NCBI GenBank assembly: GCA_036149055.1
Contig: JAYZQJ010000019.1
Location: forward strand, 13,322-77,321
Origin: Myxococcota bacterium
Lineage (GTDB): Bacteria > Myxococcota_A > Polyangia > Polyangiales > Sandaracinaceae
Reading direction: 5' to 3'
Length of the DNA stretch: 64,000 bases
Positions 19,616 through 31,192 of the stretch are shown in pieces. Both the position numbers and the translations under genes were made by a program. The notes below the pieces were generated by a model that searched no databases, was not told where the DNA came from, and saw only the letters and a program-made list of their open reading frames with translations. Within the stretch, counting starts at the first letter, position 1. Every line of letters starts with the position of its first letter.

Positions 19616-20392
19616 ATGGCTCCAGCGCATCGCGCGTGCCTCGGCTTGCTCTGCTTTCTGTTCGTCCTGGGCCCCCCGGCCGCTCGGGCCCAGGAGGAGG
19701 TCGCGCCGGAGGACGCCGTCGACACGACCCCGCCCGAGGCGGTCGAGTTCTTCCGTCGGGCGCGCGAGCACTACGAGGCGGGCCAGTACCGGGAGGCCGC
19801 GGAGGCGCTGGAGCGGGCCCTCGTGCTCGACCCCGAGTCGCCGACCCTCGTGTTCAACCTCGCCCGCGTGTACGAGCTGCTCGGCGAGCTCGATCTCTCG
19901 TTGCGCTACTACGAGCTCTACCAGCGCCTCCTGCCCCAGCAGCAGGCGCGCGAGCAGGCCCGGGCCGAGGCCACCATCCGGCGGCTGCAGGGCGCCCGGA
20001 CCTCCGAGGACTTCGAGCCGCCGCAGCCCGAGCAGGTCGAGGCCCTGAGGCAGCTCCCCGGGCTGGTGGTGGTGCGCGAGAACGGGGTCGCCGACCTCGG
20101 CTTCTGGCTGACGCTCGGGGTCGGGGCCGCGTCGCTCGCCGGCGGCGGCGTGCTCGGCGCGCTGACCCTCGACGCGCGCAGCAACGCGAACACCTTCGCC
20201 AACGCGGAGGGCCTGGGCATCGCGGCCGACGTGACCCTCGGCCTCGGCGCGGCGCTCGTCGTCTCGGCGCTCCTCCTCTACTTCCTCCGGGAGCACACCG
20301 TGGAGCGCGCCCCGATCCGGAGCGCCGACGAGGAGGACGCGCCGCAGGCCCGCCTCGAGCTCGGCCTCGGCAGCGTGGGGGTTCGCTTCTGA
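19616..20392 (+). CDS. Secreted TPR protein with C-terminal Gly-rich hydrophobic segments
   Basis: Signal peptide; ARE.YEAGQY.EA....ERA..LDP..P...FNLARVYE TPR. Confidence 0.8.
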   Translation: MAPAHRACLGLLCFLFVLGPPAARAQEEVAPEDAVDTTPPEAVEFFRRAREHYEAGQYREAAEALERALVLDPESPTLVFNLARVYELLGELDLSLRYYELYQRLLPQQQAREQARAEATIRRLQGARTSEDFEPPQPEQVEALRQLPGLVVVRENGVADLGFWLTLGVGAASLAGGGVLGALTLDARSNANTFANAEGLGIAADVTLGLGAALVVSALLLYFLREHTVERAPIRSADEEDAPQARLELGLGSVGVRF

Positions 20393-21891
20393 TGCGCGCG
20401 CCGACTCGCCTGGCCCCCCTGCTGCTCACGGGCCTCGCCCTCCTGGCCGCCGGGTGCAGCATCCTCGCCGGCGCGCCTCCCGACGAGGGGCTGCCCTGCC
20501 GCGTCGACGGCGCCGACCCGTGCCCGGGCGCCTACGGCGGCGAGAGCTTCCGCTGCAGCGACCAGACGGGCGGCGACGGCTTCTGCGTGCAGTGCTCGCA
20601 GGAGGTCTGCAACGGCGAGGACGACGACTGCGACGGCGTGGTGGACAACGGCTTCGACGAGGACGGCGACGGCGTGAGCAGCTGCGGCGCGACGGGGGGC
20701 GTGGTCGACTGCAACGACGCCGACCCCTCGGTCTACCCGGGGCGCCCCGACGACCCCTGCGACGGCTCCGACAACGACTGCGACGGGAGCACGCCGGACG
20801 GCACGAACTGCCGGGCGGAGGAGATCTGCAACCCGCTCAGCTGCACCGACCCGAGCTGCTCCGCGAACGATCGCTGCCAGGAGGTCAACTGCCAGAACCT
20901 CCCCGACATCTGCGCCGCGGATCAGTTCTGCGACCTGGAGACGGATCCGCCGAGCTGTCAGCCGCTCGTCCGGGACTGCCGCATGCCCGCCTTCGCGTGC
21001 TCGGCGCCGCAGCGCTGCAACCCGGAGAACGGGCAGTGCGTGGACGTCATGCAGAACGGGCGCGGCTGCACCTATGACGCCGAGTGCGCCTCGACCCAGT
21101 GCATGAACGCCGAGGCGCTGCGCCTGCTGCCCGAGCACCTCGACGCGCGCTCGGGCATCTGCACGCGGAGCTGCTGCGTCGACGCCGACTGTGACGTGGG
21201 CGAGGTCTGCTGGGCGCCCGGCAGCGGCGCGCGCGGCTGCGTGCCCACGTCCATCCTCGCGATGGGGAGCTTCGGCGCGCCGCCGGCCAACGCCTGCCAG
21301 GGCAGCTCGGTCTGCGGCTCCGAGTGGTGCGCGCTCGGCGTCGACGACGCCTACACCATCTCGAACCGGGGGACGCTCTCGTGCCGCGGGCCGGTCGGCA
21401 CTCCCGCCACCTGCGGCTCGACGCTCGACTGCGTGAGCTTTACGGACACGAGCACCTTCTGCGCGGGGGGCGTGTGTCGCTTCGAGAACTGCAGCCGGCC
21501 GTCCGACTGCCCGACCGGCATGTGCGCGGGGGGCCGATGCCGCGACTCCTGTCGCAACGCCTCGGAGTGCCCCGGGAACCCGGACGACGCGGCCTGCGTC
21601 TACGCCGCGCTCGACGTGTCCGGGCGCACCGACTACTTCCCGATCTGCTTCTACACGGGCGGCGGCAAGGAGAACGGGGAGGCGTGCGCGTCGGACGACG
21701 AGTGTCGCGACCTGACCTGCCTCGGGCCCAACGGGCGCCGCGACAGCGAGCCGCTCCGGTGCCGCGCCACCTGCTGCCGCGACAGCGACTGCGGCGACAT
21801 GGGGCAGTGTCGTCCGGTCTTCACGGGCAACTGGGAGATGCACTGCCTCCCGCGCCCGATGTTCACGTCGGGCGGCGTCGCCTCTCCCTGA
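20392..21891 (+). CDS. Cys-rich lipoprotein with MopE-like putative metal-binding repeats
   Basis: TGATG overlap with the TPR gene; lipobox AAGC; EVCNGEDDDCDG and DCNDADPSVYPG repeats. Confidence 0.8.
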   Translation: MRAPTRLAPLLLTGLALLAAGCSILAGAPPDEGLPCRVDGADPCPGAYGGESFRCSDQTGGDGFCVQCSQEVCNGEDDDCDGVVDNGFDEDGDGVSSCGATGGVVDCNDADPSVYPGRPDDPCDGSDNDCDGSTPDGTNCRAEEICNPLSCTDPSCSANDRCQEVNCQNLPDICAADQFCDLETDPPSCQPLVRDCRMPAFACSAPQRCNPENGQCVDVMQNGRGCTYDAECASTQCMNAEALRLLPEHLDARSGICTRSCCVDADCDVGEVCWAPGSGARGCVPTSILAMGSFGAPPANACQGSSVCGSEWCALGVDDAYTISNRGTLSCRGPVGTPATCGSTLDCVSFTDTSTFCAGGVCRFENCSRPSDCPTGMCAGGRCRDSCRNASECPGNPDDAACVYAALDVSGRTDYFPICFYTGGGKENGEACASDDECRDLTCLGPNGRRDSEPLRCRATCCRDSDCGDMGQCRPVFTGNWEMHCLPRPMFTSGGVASP

Positions 21892-21924
21892 GCGCGGCCG
21901 CCGTGTTATCCTGGGGCGTCTGAC

Positions 21925-23457
<1,533 letters not shown>

Positions 23458-23487
23458 CCGCGCGCGGCTAGCGCAAAGTCACGGCCA

Positions 23488-25887
23488 CTAGCGCAGGGTC
23501 ACGACGGTCATCCGCTCGCCGCCCTCTTCGACCGTGCCGGGGCGAACGCTGCGCACGTACTGGCCGGCGTGCTGGCCGAGGTGCTCCCGGATCGCGTCCC
23601 GGAGCGCGCCGCTGCCGACGCCGTGGAGGATGTAGGCGAGGTGCTCGGATGCGCCGAACATGCGGTCGAGGAACGACTCGGTCATCGAGATCGCGTCGTC
23701 GACCCGCATGCCGCGCACGTCGAGCGTGTTGTCCGAGGCGGGGCCGCGGCTCCGGGGCGCGGGCGGGGCGGCGGGCTTGGCCGGCGGCTCCTCGCGGGGG
23801 GCGTCCTTCTTCCGGATCTCCGCCACCTTCACCCAGAGCTTCACCGGGCCCGCGGCGACCCGGACGCGGCCCTTGCTCGGCGCCTCGACGACGTCGACCT
23901 CGGTGCGCAGGCGCGGCACGTAGACCCGCTGGCCGACCTCGATGTCGGTGGCCTCGACCGGCGCGCCGACCTCCTTGGGGGGCGGGGCCGGCGGCGCGGC
24001 GACCACGTCCTTCAGCTCGCCGTCGACCTGAGCGCCGACGCCGTCGAGCTGCTCGCGGATCTTGCGCAGCGCCTCCTCGTCGTGCCGCTCGCTCTTGCGG
24101 AGCGCCTTGCGGACCTCCTTGAGCTGACCGCGCGCCTGACGCAGCTGATCCATCAGCCGCGCGCCCTCCTCGGAGAGCTTCTTGTGGTCCCGCTGGCGCT
24201 GCCGCTCGAGCTCGGCCGCCGCCTCGTCGCGCAGCCGCTCGGCCTCGCGGCGCGCCTCCTCGGCCTGGGCCCGCTCGGCCTCGAGCGCCTCGAAGCGCGA
24301 CTCGAGCTTCTGCACCAGCGCGTCGAAGGTGCGGCTCTCGTCGGGCAGCAGCTCCCGGGCCCGCTCGAGCACCCTGGAGGGCATACCGAAGCGCTGCGCC
24401 ACCGCGAGCGCGCTCGAGCTGCCGGGCACGTCGCGGCGCACCACGAAGGTCGGCGCCATGCGCTGCACGTCGAAGCCGACCGACGCGTTCCGGAGGCGCG
24501 AGTCCTCCACCGCCATCGCCTTGAGCCGCTCGTAGTGGGTGGTGACCCCGAGGGCGGCGCCCTTGTCGCAGAGCGCGTCGACGAGCGCGCACGCGAGCGC
24601 CGCGCCCTCGTGCGGATCGGTCCCCGTCGCGATCTCGTCGAGCAGGACCATCGCGCTCGGCCCGGCGGCGTGCAGCACGCTCACGAGGTTGGTCACGTGC
24701 GCGCTGAAGGTGGAGAGGTTCTTCTGCAGCGACTGCTCGTCGCCCACGTCGGTGAGGATCGGCGCGAAGAAGCCCGCCTCGCTCCCCTCGGCCGCGGGGA
24801 CCGGGAGGCCGGCGCGGGCCATCAGCGCGGCGAGGCCGAGGACCTTGAGCGAGACCGTCTTGCCGCCCGCGTTCGGGCCGCTCATCACCAGCGCGGAGCC
24901 CGCCTCGAGCTCGAGGTCGTTGGCCACCACGTCCACGCCCTCCAGCGCGAGGAGCGGGTGGCGCGCGTCGAGGAGCCGCATCTTCGGCGCCCGCGACAGC
25001 GTCGGGATCGTCGCGCCGAGATCCTTGGCGAGCCGGGCGGCGGCGTTCCGCAGATCGGCCCGGTCGAGGGCCTCGACCGCGGCGTTCACCTCGGCCACGC
25101 GATCGCGCACGCGACCGCTGAGGATGCCGAGGATGCGCGCCTCCTCCCGATCGAGCTCGCCCTGGGCCATCTTCAGGCGGTTGCCCTGGTTGACGATGGC
25201 CTTGGGCTCGACGAACACCGTGGCGCCGCTCCCGCTCGTGCCGTGCACGATGCCCGGGAGCTTCTCGTGCGCGTCGGTGCGCACGGGGATCACGTAGCGG
25301 CCCTCGCGCAGAGTGTGGAAGCGGTCCTGCACGATGTCGGCGTGCTTGATCAGCATCGCCTCGAGCCGGCCCACGATCCGGGCGCGGAGGTTGGCCACCT
25401 CGGTCCGCAGCCGCCCGAGCTCCGGGCTGGCCGAGTCGGCGAGGGTCCCGTCCGGCTCGACCGCGCGCTCGAGCTCGTCGACGAGGCGGTCGAGCGTGGG
25501 GTCGGTGCTGCACGAAGCGTGGAGCGCTGGCGCGCGATCCTGATGGCGGGCGAGGAACTTCCGGAGCGCCCGGGCGGCGCCGAGGGTGGTCGCGACCGCG
25601 CGCAGCTCGGGGCCGTCGAGCGCGCCCTGCTTCTCGAGGCGCGCGAGGGACCGGCGCACGTCCCGGATCCCGTCGAGCGGGAGCGGCTCGTCGAGGCGGA
25701 GCAGCTCCGCGGCCTCGGCGGCCTCCACCATCGCGACCCGCGCGGGCTCGTAGGCGTCGTGCACCTCGAGCGCCTCGAGGGTCTCGCGGAGCGGACCGGT
25801 GCACCGCGCGGCCACCGCCTCCACGAGGCGCGGCCACTCCAGGTCTTGCTGGGCCTTGGTGAGCCCGTCGAGCTCTTCGTCGCGCAT
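23488..25887 (-). CDS. mutS2: Endonuclease MutS2 with Smr domain
   Basis: GIVHGTSGSGATVFVEP, SGPNAGGKT, LSTFSAH, LLDEIATGTDP, coiled coil, LDVRGMR..ILHGVGSGAL. Confidence 0.93.
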   Translation of the reverse strand: MRDEELDGLTKAQQDLEWPRLVEAVAARCTGPLRETLEALEVHDAYEPARVAMVEAAEAAELLRLDEPLPLDGIRDVRRSLARLEKQGALDGPELRAVATTLGAARALRKFLARHQDRAPALHASCSTDPTLDRLVDELERAVEPDGTLADSASPELGRLRTEVANLRARIVGRLEAMLIKHADIVQDRFHTLREGRYVIPVRTDAHEKLPGIVHGTSGSGATVFVEPKAIVNQGNRLKMAQGELDREEARILGILSGRVRDRVAEVNAAVEALDRADLRNAAARLAKDLGATIPTLSRAPKMRLLDARHPLLALEGVDVVANDLELEAGSALVMSGPNAGGKTVSLKVLGLAALMARAGLPVPAAEGSEAGFFAPILTDVGDEQSLQKNLSTFSAHVTNLVSVLHAAGPSAMVLLDEIATGTDPHEGAALACALVDALCDKGAALGVTTHYERLKAMAVEDSRLRNASVGFDVQRMAPTFVVRRDVPGSSSALAVAQRFGMPSRVLERARELLPDESRTFDALVQKLESRFEALEAERAQAEEARREAERLRDEAAAELERQRQRDHKKLSEEGARLMDQLRQARGQLKEVRKALRKSERHDEEALRKIREQLDGVGAQVDGELKDVVAAPPAPPPKEVGAPVEATDIEVGQRVYVPRLRTEVDVVEAPSKGRVRVAAGPVKLWVKVAEIRKKDAPREEPPAKPAAPPAPRSRGPASDNTLDVRGMRVDDAISMTESFLDRMFGASEHLAYILHGVGSGALRDAIREHLGQHAGQYVRSVRPGTVEEGGERMTVVTLR

Positions 25888-25934
25888 GCTTCCTGCGAGG
25901 CGAGCCGCGGACCATAGCGACCTGCCCCGAGGGA

Positions 25935-26108
25935 TCAAGCGGCCTCGTCGTCTCCGCGCCGGGGGAGCGACGTGGCCGAGCCGCGGGTCTTCCCGTCACC
26001 CCGGGCCCGGGCGACCGCGTAGAGGATCAGCGTCGAGCCGCCCAGCAGGAGCAGGACCAGAAAGCACCCGCCGATCGCGTAGATGTAGCCGATCCAACCG
26101 CCGCCCAT
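25935..26108 (-). CDS. Putative small single-pass membrane protein (57 aa)
   Basis: Hand translation MGGGWIGYIYAIGGCFLVLLLLGGSTLILYAVARARGDGKTRGSATSLPRRGDDEAA*; shorter than any ORF in the supplied track. Confidence 0.55.
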   Translation of the reverse strand: MGGGWIGYIYAIGGCFLVLLLLGGSTLILYAVARARGDGKTRGSATSLPRRGDDEAA

Positions 26109-26170
26109 GGGGGCACTCTGTCACGCGCGCGGTCTCGGCGCCGCTCCGGCGCGGTGATATGCTCGCGCCG

Positions 26171-29100
26171 GTGGGCTTCCCTTCGCGTCTCCCGGTCGCG
26201 CTGACCGCGCTCCTCGCGCTCGCCGCCTGTGATCCAGGTAAGAGCGGCGTGCAGATCGAGCTCTACGCGCAGGCCGATGTCTCCCAGCTCGCGGTGACCG
26301 TCGTCTCGCTCGACTCGCCGAGCCTCCCCGCCGCGATGCCGGCGCCGCGCACCTTCACCCCCGCGCGCAGCGTGAGCGAGATCGACGCGGCCCCGCTCCG
26401 GGTGGGGATCGAGCTCGACGCGCCGGCCACCATCCTCGTGCACATGGTGGCGACGACCCCCGACGGCGGCCGCCTGGTGGCCACCCGCTGCTACGGGGTC
26501 AGCGGCGTCGTGACCGACTCCGTCGTGCTGGTCGGCCCGGTCGACGCGCTCGACATCGACGGCGACACCTGGCTCGCCGACGCCCAGACCTCCTGCCGCG
26601 AGCCGGCCGAGGGCGGCGGGGAGCGGGCCTGCGAGGACACCGACTTCCTCTGCCCGGACATGCGAGCGAGCGACTGCGACGACGCGGACGCGACCATCTT
26701 CCCGGGCGCCCCCTTCCAGTGCCAGAACGGCGTCGACGAGGACTGCGACGGCGACGTCGACGAGGCCTGCGGCGACAACGACGGGGACGGGGTGGACGCC
26801 TGCGCGCCCGGCGCGTCGGTGGGCTGCGACTGCAACGACAACAACCCCGCCATCAACCCGCGCGCGGTGGACACCTGCCTCGACGGGATCGATCAGGACT
26901 GCGACGGCGCGGACGCCTGCTGCGACGAGGACGGCGACGGCATCGAGCAGTGCAGCCTCGAGGACCGCTTCCCCGACTGCGTGGACCGCCCCAGCCAGTG
27001 CGACGGTTGCGACCCGAGCGCCATCAACCCGGCCGCGACCGAGGTGTGCGACGCCGTCGACAACAACTGCAACGGCCTGACCGACGAGCTCGACGAGTGC
27101 CGGGACGCCGACGACGACGGCGACGGCTACCCCGCCTGCGGCCTCGAGGATCCGGGCGACCCCTGCGAGCCGCGAGAGTGGGACTGCGACCCGGCGATCC
27201 ACCCGGACGCGCGCGAGCGCTGCGGCAACTCGATCGACGAGGACCTCGACGGCATGCTCGACGAGAGCTGCCCGCCCGGCGACATGGATCGCGACGGGCA
27301 GGAGCCGCCGGTCGACTGCGACGACAGCGACCCGCTGACCTACCGCCGCGGCATGAACGAGCCGGTCATCGACCGCTGCGAGGACGGCGTGGCCCAGAGC
27401 TGCCTCCTCGACGACGACCGGAGCTGCGCCGACGACACCGACGGCGACGGCTACGTCGAGCCCGAGACCTGCGAGATGGCGATGGGCGCGGTGCCGGGCG
27501 CGATGATCAACCCCGACCAGGCCGACCACTGCGCCGGCGGGGTCATGGGGACCGACGGCTGCTGCGACGGCGCGGACAACAACTGCGACGGCGTCATCGA
27601 CGAGGTGCTCGACGAGACCGGCTCGGTCGGCTGCGTGACCGCGGGCTTCGTGCGCTACGCCGACTCCTTCACCAACTGCGGCGGCTGCCGCATGGCCTGC
27701 GACATCGCGACCGCCGATCAGTGCACCGCGGGGGCGTGCGACTGCGCCTCCGAGCCGGGCGTCGGGGCGTGCGAGGGCGCGACCCCGAACTGCTGCGGCG
27801 GCGGCATCGGCTGCGTCGATCTGATGGCCGACCCGAACAACTGCGGCGCGTGCGGGCGGAGCTGCGGCGAGGGCGAGAGCTGCGTGGCCGGCGTCTGCGC
27901 GTGTGGCGCGGCGCGCGGCACCATGGACGAGCGTCAGGCGTGCCCGGAGGCGGCCGGCGCGGCGGGCCGCGAGGCCAACGTCTGCTGCGGCGGGAGCTGC
28001 ATCGACGTCACCGGCGACGTGAACAACTGCGGCGGCTGCGACGTGCGCTGCGGCCCGAGCACCGTCTGCACCGACCGGATCTGCGGCTGCAGCATGCCCA
28101 ACCTGGCGAGCTGCAACGGCATGCTCCCCGACGCCGACGGCTGCGAGACCGACACGCTGAGCAGCCTCGCGCACTGCGGCGGGTGCGGGCGCCGCTGCTC
28201 GCTGTCGAACGCCGGCGAGACCTGCAACGCGGGCTCCTGCGAGATCACGACCTGCGAGGCCAACTTCGACGACTGCAACGGCCTCGACCGCGACGGCTGC
28301 GAGATCGATCTCCGCACCCTGGCCAACTGCAACGCGTGCGGCGTCACCTGCGACCTGGCCAGGGCGAGCGAGACCTGCGCCAGCCGCCGCTGCGAGATCG
28401 TCGCCTGCCAGAGCGGCTGGGCCGACTGCGACGCGAACGACGCCAACGGCTGCGAGCGCCGCCTGGGCACGGTGTCGGACTGCGCGAGCTGCGGCGACAC
28501 GTGCAGCCTGCCGAACGCGACCCCGATGTGCAGCGGCGGCACCTGCCGCATCGCGACCTGCAACGACGGGTGGGCGAACTGCGACGGCAACGACGCCAAC
28601 GGCTGCGAGACCAACATCGACACGGACGCGAGCTGCGGCGCCTGCGGCAACAACTGCGGCCCCAACGCCAGCTGCGTCTCGCGCATGTGCGTGTGCGATC
28701 CCGGCCGCCTCGACTGCTCGGCCGGCGCCCCCTACTGCGAGGTCCCCTTCTCCACCTCGAACTGCGGCGCCTGCGGCACGACCTGCGGCACCAACGAGAC
28801 CTGCAACGCCTCCGGCGACTGCGCGTGCGGCGGGACCACCCGGCCGACCGGCCCGGCCTGCGTCTCGGGCCAGGGCTGCTGCGGCGGGGGCTGCGTGCCC
28901 CTCAACACGACGACCAACTGCGGCAGCTGCGGGGTCACCTGCGACGCGGGCGAGACCTGCAACGGCACCTCGTGCCGCTGCGGCGGCGGCCCGGCCTGCG
29001 CGGGCGCCGACAGCTGCTGCGGCGGCAGCTGCGTCGACACCACCACCGACGAGAACCACTGCGGCGGCTGCGGGACCACCTGCGACATGGGCGAGACCTG

Positions 29101-29485
29101 CACCGGCTCGAGCTGCCGCTGCGAGGGCGGCCCCGCGTGCAGCGGGAGCGACGTGTGCTGCGCCGGAGACGGCTGCGCCGACCTGATGAACGACGTGAAC
29201 AACTGCGGCGGCTGCGGCGTGAGCTGCGGCGCCGGCGAGATGTGCAGCGGCGGCCGCTGCGTCTGCAACGGCGACATGGGCTCGGTCGGCGGCGGCGCCG
29301 CCTGCGGCGGCCTCACCCCGACCTGCTGCGCCGACGGCTGCACCGACACCGACACCGACGCCGACCACTGCAACATGTGCGGCAACCGGTGCATGGGCGC
29401 GCGCGTCTGCATCGCCGGCTCCTGCGTGATGAGCGGCATGCCCGACAGCGGCATGCCCGACGGCGGCATGCCCGACGGCGGCTGA
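26171..29485 (+). CDS. Large Cys-rich lipoprotein (MopE-like repeats plus myxobacterial NCGxCG Cys-rich repeats)
   Basis: Lipobox LAAC; DCDD....PGA..C.NG.D.DCDG repeats then many NNCGxCG repeats; GTG start 7 nt after TATGCT (alternative ATG 26159). Confidence 0.85.
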   Translation: MGFPSRLPVALTALLALAACDPGKSGVQIELYAQADVSQLAVTVVSLDSPSLPAAMPAPRTFTPARSVSEIDAAPLRVGIELDAPATILVHMVATTPDGGRLVATRCYGVSGVVTDSVVLVGPVDALDIDGDTWLADAQTSCREPAEGGGERACEDTDFLCPDMRASDCDDADATIFPGAPFQCQNGVDEDCDGDVDEACGDNDGDGVDACAPGASVGCDCNDNNPAINPRAVDTCLDGIDQDCDGADACCDEDGDGIEQCSLEDRFPDCVDRPSQCDGCDPSAINPAATEVCDAVDNNCNGLTDELDECRDADDDGDGYPACGLEDPGDPCEPREWDCDPAIHPDARERCGNSIDEDLDGMLDESCPPGDMDRDGQEPPVDCDDSDPLTYRRGMNEPVIDRCEDGVAQSCLLDDDRSCADDTDGDGYVEPETCEMAMGAVPGAMINPDQADHCAGGVMGTDGCCDGADNNCDGVIDEVLDETGSVGCVTAGFVRYADSFTNCGGCRMACDIATADQCTAGACDCASEPGVGACEGATPNCCGGGIGCVDLMADPNNCGACGRSCGEGESCVAGVCACGAARGTMDERQACPEAAGAAGREANVCCGGSCIDVTGDVNNCGGCDVRCGPSTVCTDRICGCSMPNLASCNGMLPDADGCETDTLSSLAHCGGCGRRCSLSNAGETCNAGSCEITTCEANFDDCNGLDRDGCEIDLRTLANCNACGVTCDLARASETCASRRCEIVACQSGWADCDANDANGCERRLGTVSDCASCGDTCSLPNATPMCSGGTCRIATCNDGWANCDGNDANGCETNIDTDASCGACGNNCGPNASCVSRMCVCDPGRLDCSAGAPYCEVPFSTSNCGACGTTCGTNETCNASGDCACGGTTRPTGPACVSGQGCCGGGCVPLNTTTNCGSCGVTCDAGETCNGTSCRCGGGPACAGADSCCGGSCVDTTTDENHCGGCGTTCDMGETCTGSSCRCEGGPACSGSDVCCAGDGCADLMNDVNNCGGCGVSCGAGEMCSGGRCVCNGDMGSVGGGAACGGLTPTCCADGCTDTDTDADHCNMCGNRCMGARVCIAGSCVMSGMPDSGMPDGGMPDGG

Positions 29486-29536
29486 CCCGCGCCCGCTTGC
29501 ACCCCCAACCCCCACGTAGTAGCCCGGCAGGCACTC

Positions 29537-30820
29537 ATGGAGCACTTCGGTAGCTCGGTTCCGCTCTGGGCGGTGATCCCCTTCGCGGTGATGCTGCTCG
29601 GGATCGCGGTGCTGCCGCTGGTCGCCCATCACTGGTGGGAGAGCAACAAGAACCGCGCGATCTTCACCGCGGTCGTCGCCACCCCGATGGTCGGCTACCT
29701 GCTGTGGAAGTTCCCGGTCGGCCTGCTGCACAGCGGCGAGGAGTACGTCTCCTTCATCGCGCTGCTCGGCTCGCTCTACGTGATCGCCGGCGGCATCCAC
29801 GTCTCGGGTGACCTGCGCGCCAGCCCCGGCACCAACACGGCCATCCTCGGCCTCGGCGCGGTGCTCGCGAACCTGATCGGCACCACCGGCGCGAGCATGC
29901 TGCTCATCCGCACGCTGCTCCGCACCAACGGGCAGCGCGAGCACGTCGCCCACCTGCCGTTCTTCTTCATCCTGCTGGTGTCGAACTGCGGCGGCCTGCT
30001 GACCCCGATGGGCGATCCGCCGCTCTTCCTCGGCTACCTGCGCGGCGTGCCCTTCACCTGGACGCTGAAGCTCTGGCCGTTCTGGCTGATGGCGGTCGGC
30101 TACCTCCTCGTCGTCTTCTACGTCTTCGACCGGCGCGCCTACGGCAAGGAGCAGGCGAAGAACATCGCGCGCGACGAGGTGGAGCGCGTGCCGCTCAGCG
30201 TGCAGGGCGCGATCAACGCCCCGCTCCTCGTCGGCGTCATCGGCGCGATCTTCCTGCCCATCGGCTGGCGCGAGGCGGTGATGGTCGCCCTCACCCTCAT
30301 CAGCGTCTTCGCCGGCCCGCGCCCGGCGCGGAAGGCCAACGGCTTCACCTACGGGCCGATCCTCGAGGTCGCGATCCTCTTCGCGGGCATCTTCGTCACC
30401 ATGGTGCCGGCGCTCGCGCTGCTCGAGTCGCGAGGCGACGAGCTCGGCCTCGACGCGCCCTGGCAGTTCTTCCTGGTCACCGGCGGCCTGAGCTCGATGC
30501 TCGACAACGCCCCGACCTACCTGACCTTCCTCGCCACCGCGATCGGCCTCGACATCCAGCAGGACGGCGCGGTGATGCTGCAGCTGACCGAGGGCGCGGT
30601 CCCCGAGACCTTCCTCGTCGCCATCAGCACGGCGGCGGTGTTCATGGGCGCCAACACCTACATCGGCAACGGCCCGAACTTCATGGTGAAGGCCATCGCG
30701 GAGGAGGTCGGCTACCGCATGCCGAGCTTCTTCGGCTTCGCCCTCCGCGCCCTGATCGTGCTCCTCCCCATCTACATCGCGATGGTCGTCTACCTGTCCT
30801 TCGCCTGGCCTCCCGGCTGA
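29537..30820 (+). CDS. Putative sodium:proton antiporter (IT superfamily)
   Basis: Multi-TM; IGTTGASMLLIR, SNCGGLLTPMGDPPLFLG, LSSMLDNAPTY, FMGANTYIGNGPNFMVK. Confidence 0.85.
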   Translation: MEHFGSSVPLWAVIPFAVMLLGIAVLPLVAHHWWESNKNRAIFTAVVATPMVGYLLWKFPVGLLHSGEEYVSFIALLGSLYVIAGGIHVSGDLRASPGTNTAILGLGAVLANLIGTTGASMLLIRTLLRTNGQREHVAHLPFFFILLVSNCGGLLTPMGDPPLFLGYLRGVPFTWTLKLWPFWLMAVGYLLVVFYVFDRRAYGKEQAKNIARDEVERVPLSVQGAINAPLLVGVIGAIFLPIGWREAVMVALTLISVFAGPRPARKANGFTYGPILEVAILFAGIFVTMVPALALLESRGDELGLDAPWQFFLVTGGLSSMLDNAPTYLTFLATAIGLDIQQDGAVMLQLTEGAVPETFLVAISTAAVFMGANTYIGNGPNFMVKAIAEEVGYRMPSFFGFALRALIVLLPIYIAMVVYLSFAWPPG

Positions 30821-31127
30821 GCTTCCTGGAGGGTTTGGTGCAAACCCTCCCCCCATTGGGCAAAGCGCCAATGGGGCCACCCTCCCGACTCCGTCGGCGC
30901 GTCGCGCTTCGCGCTCGCGCCGCGACCCCAGCGACGGGGCGCTGGGGGCCTTGCGGCTCGCGCTCGCGCTGCGCGCTCGCTGGCCGCCCGCTGCCGCGGG
31001 ATCGAACACAGGTGGTGGTGGTCCGTGCGGCGACCTCGCTGCGCTCGTCGCCTGCCGTCGTCTCGGGTCTGCGTCGTGGAAGCGGGCTCGGGCTGCCCCC
31101 GCGCAATTGTTTGCCACCTCCCGACTC
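30817..31127 (+). repeat. Dispersed ~310-bp hairpin-rich intergenic element, copy A
   Basis: Highly similar to the reverse complement of 37478-37887; stems GGAGGGTTTG-gtg-CAAACCCTCC, CCCCATTGG..CCAATGGGG, CCCCAGCG..CGCTGGGG. Confidence 0.9.
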
Positions 31128-31192
31128 TCCACCCCGCCCCTGCCCCAGAAAAATTGCGGAACGTACGCAGAGTGCTCAAACCTAGAGGAGAT

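Noticed and set aside
23488..25887. Functional link between mutS2 (ribosome collision factor) and the RF-like Clp triad
   Set aside because: They are 15 kb apart with many unrelated genes between; proximity alone is not evidence
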